Below are positions 57,060 through 64,000 of a stretch of DNA of 64,000 bases, piece by piece (the first letter of the stretch is position 1; each line of letters opens with the position of its first letter). The stretch is from an uncultured Actinomycetes bacterium (GTDB taxonomy: Bacteria; Actinomycetota; UBA4738; HRBIN12), in NCBI GenBank assembly GCA_963704725.1, contig OY969934.1:3136001-3200000 (forward strand). The letters are read 5' to 3'. The position numbers and the translations under genes are program-made. The notes under the pieces were generated by a model. That model saw nothing but the letters and a program-made list of their open reading frames with translations, was not told the DNA's origin and made no database searches.

Positions 57060-60000
57060 ATGCGGCGGCGCGCGTGGTTCCTCTACCTCTCCGTCGGCAC
57101 GACCACCCTGCTCGCGTACCTCGTCGTCCCGGGCCTGCGCCAGGGCTGGGTCTTCAACCTGATCGCCCTCTCGTCGCCGGTGGCGATCGTCATCGCGGTT
57201 CGGACCCTGCGCCCGGAGGACTCGGCCCCCTGGTACCTGTTTGCCCTCGGCCAGGCGTTCTTCGTCGCCGGCGACGTGATCACGTACAACTACGAGACCT
57301 TCTTCATGCGGCCGGCGCCGTTCCCCTCCACCGCAGACGCCTTCTACCTGTCCGTCTATCCGTGCCTGATCGCCGGCATCCTCCTGCTCGTCCGGCGTCG
57401 CAGCCCGGGGCGGGACCGGGACAGCGTGATCGACTCGCTGATGGTCGCCATCGGCGTGGGCGTGATCTCGTGGGCGTTCCTGATGGCTCCGACGGCGCAG
57501 GATGCCGACGCGACCCTCGTGCAGAAGCTCGTGAGCGTGTCCTACCCGTTCATGGACCTGTTCCTGCTGACCGTGGTCGTCCGCCTGGTGATCGGCCCGG
57601 GCCGCCGCGGGCTCTCCTTCTACCTCCTCCCGGCGGCCGCCCTCTGCCTGTTCCTGACCGATTTCGCCGACAGCTACCTTTCGGTCCGCGGACTCGTGTA
57701 CGACGGATCCGGCGCTCTCGAGGTCGGCTCCGGCCTGTTCTACCTGCTGTGGGGAGCGGCCGCCCTGCACCGATCGCAACGCCACCTCGCCGAGCGGGCG
57801 CCCGACCACGAGGTCCGGGTCACCCGAACGCGCCTGGTCATGCTTGGCGCGGCGCTGCTCATCCCCCAGGCCGTCCGCGAGATCCAGCACCTCCGGGGCC
57901 ACGACGCGGACCTGTGGATGATCTCGATCTCGACCGGCTGCCTGTTCGTGCTCGTGATCACGCGGATGTCTGGGCTCGTCGGCTCGCTGAAGCTGTCCTT
58001 CGGGCGCGAGAAGGCCCTTCGCCGCGCGGCCGCCTCGCTGGTCACCGCGACCAATCGCGACGAGATCCATTCCGCGATGATGCGCGCGGTCGGCACGCTC
58101 GTCCCGAACGGGTCGGCCCGTCTCCTCATCCGAGACCCCGATCACGACGAGCGCTTCGCCATGATCGCCGCGTCGAACGGGCCCGTCGGGCTCCTCGGCG
58201 CGTCGGTCGACGTCCCGGTGGCCGAGCTCGATCCCTCGGGCCTGCCGGCGAGCCGCGTCGTCCAGCGCCCCATGCCGGAGCTCGCCGGCAACCTCCGCCT
58301 CTCCCCGACCACCGTGTCCGTCCTGGCCCTGCCCCTGGTCACCCGGGGCGAGCTGAACGCGCTCCTCGTGATCGGCACCGACGAGGAGCTGCCGCGCTCG
58401 GTGGCGGACGGCCTGGAGACGCTCGCGTCCCAGGTCTCCCTCGCCTTGGAGAGCGCGGCGGCCACGGAGGGAGTTCACCGGCGGCAGAGCGAGGCCCGCT
58501 TCTCCACCCTGGTCCAGCACTCCTCCGACGTCATGATGGTCGTCGAGGCGGACTCTCGGATCCGCTACGTCAGCCCCTCGGCCGAGCGCGTGCTCGGCTA
58601 CGCGCCGAGCGAGCTCGAGGGCACGCGACTCGTCGACGGGGTACACCCCGAGGACCGGGCGAGCCTGCTGCAGTTCCTGACGATGAGCGTCGGCGAGGAC
58701 GCGCATACGGCGCTCGCCGCCTACCGCGTGCGCCATCGGGAGGACCGCTGGTTGCACGTCGAGACCCTGCGCACGAACCTGCTGCACGACGAGAACGTGC
58801 GCGGCATCGTCCTCAACACGCGAGACGTCTCCGAGCGAAGGGCGTTCGAAGAGCAGCTCGCGCACCAGGCCTTCCACGACTCGGTCACCGGGCTCGCCAA
58901 CCGGGCCCTGTTCCGTGATCGCGTCGAGCACGCGCTGGAACGCCACAACCGCGACGGCGGGCCGGTCACGGTCCTGTTCATGGACCTGGACGACTTCAAG
59001 ACGATCAACGACTCGCTGGGCCACGCCGCCGGCGACCGCGTCCTCGGCGAGGTCGCCGACCGCCTGAAGGGGACCCTGCGCCAGGCCGACACGGCCGCCC
59101 GGCTGGGGGGCGACGAGTTCGCCGTCCTGCTGGAGGACGGCGGCGACGGCGTCGAGGCGGCCGAGGTCGCCTCGCGCATCCTCGGCGCGTTCGAGACGCC
59201 GGTGCATCTCGACGGCAAGGTCCTGTTCGTTCGCGCCTCGATCGGCATCGCGTCCACCGAGCATGCGACGGCCGCCGTCCGTGGCGCGGAGGAGCTGCTG
59301 CGCGACGCCGACGTGGCGATGTACATGGCGAAGGAGGCCGGCAAGGGCCGGTACCAGGTCTTCGAGCCGGCGATGCACGACACCGCCCTGAAGCGGCTCG
59401 AGCTGAAGGCGGACCTGCAGCGAGCCGTCGACAACGAGGAGTTCGTCGTCCACTACCAGCCGGTGATCGAGCTCGACACCGGCCGGATCGAGGGCTTCGA
59501 GGCGCTCGTGCGCTGGCAGCATCCGGTCCGCGGCACGGTCCCGCCGCTGGACTTCATCCCGCTCGCCGAGGAGACGGGCCTGATCGTGCCGATCGGAGAT
59601 TGGGTCCTGCGCGAAGCCTGCCGGCGCGCCAAGGAGCTCCAGATGCACTTCCCGACGGACCCCCCATTCCGCATGGCGGTGAACCTGTCCGCCCGTCAGA
59701 TCCAGCGGCCCGAGGTCGTCTCGGACGTCGCCTTCGCGCTGATGGAGAGCGGGCTCGAGCCCTCGAGCCTGGTCCTGGAGATCACCGAGTCGGTGATGAT
59801 GCAGGACGTCGACCTGTCGACACAGCGGCTCACCGAGCTGAAGGAGCTCGGCGTGAAGCTGGCCGTGGACGACTTCGGGACCGGCTACTCGAGCCTCAAC
59901 TACATCCGCCGCTTCCCCGTCGACATCCTCAAGGTCGACAAGTCCTTCGTGGACGGCGTCACCCGGGGCGGTGAGGAGTCCGCACTGACCGCGGCGATCA

Positions 60001-60200
60001 TCGAGCTCGCGGCGATCCTCAAGCTCCGCCCGGTCGCCGAGGGGATCGAGCGAGCCGATCAGCTCGAGAAGCTGCGCTCGCTGAATTGCGGCCTGGGGCA
60101 GGGCTTCTACTTCGCTCGTCCGCTGCCTCTGGAGGCGGTCGAGGACCTGCTCACGGCCCGGAGATCCCTCGCGGAGCGCGAGAGCGAGGTCGCCTCCTGA
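57060..60200 (+). CDS. Membrane sensor-GAF-PAS-GGDEF-EAL protein (paralogue 1)
   Basis: Multi-TM N-terminus, PAS, RQAD I-site, GGDEF, EAL, DDFGTGYSS. Confidence 0.93.
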   Translation: MRRRAWFLYLSVGTTTLLAYLVVPGLRQGWVFNLIALSSPVAIVIAVRTLRPEDSAPWYLFALGQAFFVAGDVITYNYETFFMRPAPFPSTADAFYLSVYPCLIAGILLLVRRRSPGRDRDSVIDSLMVAIGVGVISWAFLMAPTAQDADATLVQKLVSVSYPFMDLFLLTVVVRLVIGPGRRGLSFYLLPAAALCLFLTDFADSYLSVRGLVYDGSGALEVGSGLFYLLWGAAALHRSQRHLAERAPDHEVRVTRTRLVMLGAALLIPQAVREIQHLRGHDADLWMISISTGCLFVLVITRMSGLVGSLKLSFGREKALRRAAASLVTATNRDEIHSAMMRAVGTLVPNGSARLLIRDPDHDERFAMIAASNGPVGLLGASVDVPVAELDPSGLPASRVVQRPMPELAGNLRLSPTTVSVLALPLVTRGELNALLVIGTDEELPRSVADGLETLASQVSLALESAAATEGVHRRQSEARFSTLVQHSSDVMMVVEADSRIRYVSPSAERVLGYAPSELEGTRLVDGVHPEDRASLLQFLTMSVGEDAHTALAAYRVRHREDRWLHVETLRTNLLHDENVRGIVLNTRDVSERRAFEEQLAHQAFHDSVTGLANRALFRDRVEHALERHNRDGGPVTVLFMDLDDFKTINDSLGHAAGDRVLGEVADRLKGTLRQADTAARLGGDEFAVLLEDGGDGVEAAEVASRILGAFETPVHLDGKVLFVRASIGIASTEHATAAVRGAEELLRDADVAMYMAKEAGKGRYQVFEPAMHDTALKRLELKADLQRAVDNEEFVVHYQPVIELDTGRIEGFEALVRWQHPVRGTVPPLDFIPLAEETGLIVPIGDWVLREACRRAKELQMHFPTDPPFRMAVNLSARQIQRPEVVSDVAFALMESGLEPSSLVLEITESVMMQDVDLSTQRLTELKELGVKLAVDDFGTGYSSLNYIRRFPVDILKVDKSFVDGVTRGGEESALTAAIIELAAILKLRPVAEGIERADQLEKLRSLNCGLGQGFYFARPLPLEAVEDLLTARRSLAERESEVAS
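59305..59475 (+). repeat. 171-bp exact repeat, copy 1
   Basis: Identical base for base to 62615-62785. Confidence 0.9.
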
Positions 60201-60357
60201 AGTGGCCGGGGCCGATGGGCTCTCGCCGCGCGAACCCGTGAACGCGGGGTCTCCCACCCGGGGGCTTCGCCGAAGACCCGGCGGGTGAAGGGGAGCCGGA
60301 GGCTCCCTCATCTCGGGTACTCAGGTCGGCCTGCGACCCGCCCGATACGACCAACAT

Positions 60358-63300
60358 ATGCGGCGCCGTGCCTGGCAGCTCTATCTCTCTTGCGGCCTGG
60401 CCGCCTTGCTCGCGTTCCTGTTGGTGCCCGGCCTGCGGCAGCGCTCGATCTTCGACCTGATCGCGGTGTCGTCACCGATCGCGGTCGTCGTCGCGGTCCG
60501 TGTGTGGAAACCGCCGGTGAGGGCCCCCTGGTATCTGTTCGCCCTCGGCCTGGCGTCGTTCGCCATCGCGGATGTGATCGCCGCCGGCAACGACCGGCTC
60601 TCCGGCACCGGACTGCCGGTCCCCTCGGTCGGCGACGTCCTGCGGCTGTCGGCCTACCCGTTCCTCGTCGCCGGCATCTTGCTCCTGGCCCGCAGCCGTC
60701 ACCCCCTCCGCAGCCGCGAGAGCCTCATCGACTCACTCATCGTCGCGATCGGCGTCGGCGTCATGTCGTGGGTGTTCCTGATGGCGCCGGCCGCCGAGGA
60801 CCCGACCTCCACGACGGGACAGAAGCTCGTGAGCATGGGGTATCCGTTCATGGACCTCATCCTGGTGACGGTGATCGTCCGCCTGGTGATCGGCCCGAGA
60901 CGGCGCCGGGAACGGGCCTTCTCCCTGTTGCCGGCGGCCGCCCTGGCTCTGTTCGTCACCGACTTCGCCTCCGGCTACGTCTCGGTGCAGGGAATCGTTG
61001 CCGACCAGTCGAGGTACCTGGAGGCCGGCTGGGCGATCTTCTACCTGCTGTGGGGGGCCGCCGCGCTCCACGAGTCCCAGGGCCATCTCGTCGAGCGCCC
61101 GCCCGCCCGGGAGGTCCGGATCACCCGAGGCCGTCTGATCCTCCTCGGCGCCGCGTCGCTGATCCCGCAGGGGGTGCGGGTGGTCGCGCTCCTGCGCCAC
61201 GACGCCATCGACCTGTGGGTGATCACGATCTCGACCACCTGTCTGTTCGTCCTGGTCGTGCTTCGCATGTCCGGCCTCGTCCGCAAGCTCGAGCTGTCGT
61301 TCGGCCGCGAGAAGGCCCTGCGGACGGCGGGCGCCTCCCTCGTCACGGCCACCGACCGGGAGGGGATCGTGGCGGCCGCGATGCAGGCGGTGGGTACGCT
61401 GGCGCCCCGGGGCGACGCCCGGTTGCTGATCAAGCTGGAGCACGGCGAGGAGGACCACTTCACGGTCGTCGCCTCCTCGGACGTGTTCACCGGGCCCGTC
61501 GGAACCTCGATCGAGGTGATGGACGCCGAGATCGATCGCGCGTCCCTGGAGCAACACCACTCGGTCCAGCGCTCGATGCCCCGGCTGGCGCGCGACCTGG
61601 CCCTCGCCCCGACCACGACCTCGGTGCTCGTGATCCCGCTGTTCATGCGGGGCGATCTGAGCGCACTCCTCGTCCTCGGCACCGACGAGAAGCTCCCCAC
61701 GGCCGCCGCCGACGGACTCGAGGCGCTGTCCTCCCAGGTCGCGCTGGGGCTCGAGAGCGCGACGCTCACCGAGGACCTCCTGCGCCGCAAGAGCGAGGCG
61801 CGCTTCTCCTCGCTGGTCCAGAACTCCTCCGACGTGGTCATGGTCGTGGACGCCGACTCGACGATCCGATACATGAGCCCCTCGGTCGAGGGGGTGTTCG
61901 GCTACTCCGCTCGCGAGCTCGAGGGCGGGAAGCTGATCGAGCGGATCCACCCCGATGAGAAGACGAAGATGCTTCAGTTCCTCACGACCGAGGGCCGCGA
62001 GGGCGACGACCACCCGGTCCTGACACCGTTCCGGATGCGCCACCGGGACGACTACTGGCTCGACGTCGAGATCCTGCAGACGAACCTCCTGCACGATGAC
62101 AACGTCCGAGGCATCGTCCTCAACACGCGGGACGTGTCGGAGCGCAAGGCGATCGAGCAACAGCTCGCGCACCAGGCGTTCCACGACTCCCTCACCGGCC
62201 TGGCCAACCGCGCCCTGTTCAAGGATCGCGTCGAGCACGCACTCGAGCGCCGGGGCCGCGACGGCGAGCCGGTCTCGGTGCTGTTCATGGACATCGACGA
62301 CTTCAAGACGATCAACGACTCGCTCGGCCACGCGGCCGGCGACCGCCTGCTCGGCGAGGTCGGCGACCGCGTGAAGAACACGCTCCGCCAGGCCGATACC
62401 GCGGCCCGGTTGGGAGGCGACGAGTTCGCCGTCCTGCTCGAGGACGGCGGCGACGGGCTCGAGGCGGCCGAGGTGGCGTCGAGGATCCTGGCCTCGCTCG
62501 AGGGCCCGTTCCACCTGGAGGGCAAGGAGGTCTTCGCCCGCGCTTCGATCGGCATCGCGTCGGCCGAGGACATGGAAGGCGCGGGGACGGAGGGCGCGGA
62601 GGAGCTCCTGCGAAACGCCGACGTGGCGATGTACATGGCGAAGGAGGCCGGCAAGGGCCGGTACCAGGTCTTCGAGCCGGCGATGCACGACACCGCCCTG
62701 AAGCGGCTCGAGCTGAAGGCGGACCTGCAGCGAGCCGTCGACAACGAGGAGTTCGTCGTCCACTACCAGCCGGTGATCGAGCTCGGGACCGGCCGGATCG
62801 AGGGGCTCGAGGCGCTCGTCCGGTGGCAGCACCCCGTCCGAGGGCTCGTCCCGCCGCTGGACTTCATCCCGCTCGCCGAGGAGACCGGGGTCATCGTCGA
62901 GATCGGCACGTGGGTCCTGCGCGAGGCGTGCCTGCGCGGCCGCGAGCTCCAGGAGCGGTTCCCCGCCGAGCCCCCCCTGCACATGTCGGTCAACCTGTCC
63001 GCCCGGCAGCTCCAGCGCCCGGAGATCGTGGGCGACGTCGCGGTCACGCTGATGGAGACGGGGTACGAACCGTCGTGCCTGGTCCTGGAGATCACCGAGT
63101 CCGTGATGATGCAGGACATGGACCTGTCGATCCAGCGGCTGGCCGAGCTGAAGGAGCTCGGCGTCAAGCTGGCGGTCGACGACTTCGGGACCGGCTACTC
63201 CAGCCTCAACTACATCCGCCGCTTCCCCGTGGACATCCTCAAGGTCGACAAGTCGTTCGTGGACGGCGTCAGCGAGGGCGGCGAGGAGTCGGCGCTCACC

Positions 63301-63516
63301 GCGGCCATCATCGAGCTCGCCGCGATCCTCAAGCTCCGGCCGGTCGCCGAGGGCATCGAGCGCGCCGATCAGCTGGACAAGCTGCTCGCGCTCAACTGCG
63401 ACCTGGGCCAGGGCTTCTACTTCGCCAAGCCCCTGCCGATGGCCTCCGTCGACGAGCTGCTCACGGCGCGAAGCGCTCTCGCCCAGCGCGAGACCGAGCT
63501 CTCGCCCGAACGCTAG
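60358..63516 (+). CDS. Membrane sensor-GAF-PAS-GGDEF-EAL protein (paralogue 2)
   Basis: Same architecture and motifs as paralogue 1. Confidence 0.93.
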   Translation: MRRRAWQLYLSCGLAALLAFLLVPGLRQRSIFDLIAVSSPIAVVVAVRVWKPPVRAPWYLFALGLASFAIADVIAAGNDRLSGTGLPVPSVGDVLRLSAYPFLVAGILLLARSRHPLRSRESLIDSLIVAIGVGVMSWVFLMAPAAEDPTSTTGQKLVSMGYPFMDLILVTVIVRLVIGPRRRRERAFSLLPAAALALFVTDFASGYVSVQGIVADQSRYLEAGWAIFYLLWGAAALHESQGHLVERPPAREVRITRGRLILLGAASLIPQGVRVVALLRHDAIDLWVITISTTCLFVLVVLRMSGLVRKLELSFGREKALRTAGASLVTATDREGIVAAAMQAVGTLAPRGDARLLIKLEHGEEDHFTVVASSDVFTGPVGTSIEVMDAEIDRASLEQHHSVQRSMPRLARDLALAPTTTSVLVIPLFMRGDLSALLVLGTDEKLPTAAADGLEALSSQVALGLESATLTEDLLRRKSEARFSSLVQNSSDVVMVVDADSTIRYMSPSVEGVFGYSARELEGGKLIERIHPDEKTKMLQFLTTEGREGDDHPVLTPFRMRHRDDYWLDVEILQTNLLHDDNVRGIVLNTRDVSERKAIEQQLAHQAFHDSLTGLANRALFKDRVEHALERRGRDGEPVSVLFMDIDDFKTINDSLGHAAGDRLLGEVGDRVKNTLRQADTAARLGGDEFAVLLEDGGDGLEAAEVASRILASLEGPFHLEGKEVFARASIGIASAEDMEGAGTEGAEELLRNADVAMYMAKEAGKGRYQVFEPAMHDTALKRLELKADLQRAVDNEEFVVHYQPVIELGTGRIEGLEALVRWQHPVRGLVPPLDFIPLAEETGVIVEIGTWVLREACLRGRELQERFPAEPPLHMSVNLSARQLQRPEIVGDVAVTLMETGYEPSCLVLEITESVMMQDMDLSIQRLAELKELGVKLAVDDFGTGYSSLNYIRRFPVDILKVDKSFVDGVSEGGEESALTAAIIELAAILKLRPVAEGIERADQLDKLLALNCDLGQGFYFAKPLPMASVDELLTARSALAQRETELSPER
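62615..62785 (+). repeat. 171-bp exact repeat, copy 2
   Basis: Identical to 59305-59475. Confidence 0.9.
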
Positions 63517-64000
63517 AGGTCGACCCGGTACCGAACGGTCGGGCGCATCTCGCAATCGACGCGTTCGCTGGTGGTGGTCCCGTCCGGCTTCCAGCCGGCG
63601 ATCTCGTAGAACCTCCGCGAGCGCTCGTTGCTCTGGAGCACCCACAAGGTCGCCGTTCGGAAGCCGCGCTCGCGCAGGTCGTCGACGGCGTGAGCGAAGA
63701 GCCGCCGGCCGACTCCCGCGCCGACGCGATCGGGCTCCAGGTAGATCGCGTAGACCTCGGCCGTGCGCTCGTCCGCGTCGGCGTCCTGGCTCTTCGCGGT
63801 GACCGCGAACCCCACGGGTCGGCCGTCCTCCTCGGCCACCCACATCCGGTAGTCGGGCGGCTGGGAGACGAGGGAGCCGCGGTGCATCTCGAGCCGGTCC
63901 TCGACCTTCAAGCCGTCGAGGTAGTCGTCGGTGAGCTGGCCCCGGTAGGAATCCTGCCAGGCGCGCACGTGGATCCCGGCGATCGCCTCGGCGTCCTTGG
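63513..64000 (-). CDS. GNAT acetyltransferase (5' end beyond the window)
   Basis: AIAGIHVRAWQDSYRG, EVYAIYL, LWVLQSNERSRRFYE. Confidence 0.9.
   Translation of the reverse strand, partial: KDAEAIAGIHVRAWQDSYRGQLTDDYLDGLKVEDRLEMHRGSLVSQPPDYRMWVAEEDGRPVGFAVTAKSQDADADERTAEVYAIYLEPDRVGAGVGRRLFAHAVDDLRERGFRTATLWVLQSNERSRRFYEIAGWKPDGTTTSERVDCEMRPTVRYRVDL

Noticed and set aside
60225-60300. c-di-AMP (ydaO) riboswitch or tRNA-Sec, suggested by CGAACCCGT and the hairpins
   Set aside because: No GCTGAATCC or CAGCTAAC elements, and no T-loop, anticodon arm or CCA end.
1-64000. CRISPR arrays, tRNA/rRNA, IS elements, retrons or DGRs
   Set aside because: No regularly spaced repeats, cloverleafs, transposase or reverse transcriptase motifs were seen; the 171-bp repeat has no adenine-specific variation. 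Inspection was by eye, so weak elements could be missed.

Overview
Very GC-rich chromosomal window (about 70% or more by eye), most consistent with an Actinomycetota genome: PAC2 chaperone, IclR-leuCD, PolD-type primase-polymerase, MMPL, LCP and many short-leader starts. It holds about 60 genes, mostly housekeeping or accessory metabolism: a partial pyrimidine-degradation/ABC cluster, fumC, serC, leuCD, cfa, an ammonia-lyase, a Rieske oxygenase, scattered Flp/Tad pilus genes, cell-wall enzymes, a MazF-RHH toxin-antitoxin pair and two tandem PAS-GGDEF-EAL paralogues. I saw no tRNA, rRNA, CRISPR array, transposase or phage structural genes. The main finding is absent from the ORF track: a 34-aa signal-peptide-like ORF (47334-47438, minus strand, MRARGWKVRARALALTLGTLAAMLVAGAASWPKH). 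It has its own RBS, a sigma70-type promoter and an upstream palindrome, and is divergent from an HTH-TPR regulator. This is the layout of an RRNPP-type peptide quorum-sensing cassette, a family characterised mainly in Bacillota. Other notable signals are a pseudoknot-forming leader RNA before a STAS gene, a sigma28-like CCGATA motif before several genes, an exact 171-bp shared tract in the two GGDEF-EAL paralogues, and a Cys-paired Ig-like module shared by two unrelated secreted proteins. All assignments come from motif recognition by eye; no searches were run. Start codons were often re-called relative to the track.
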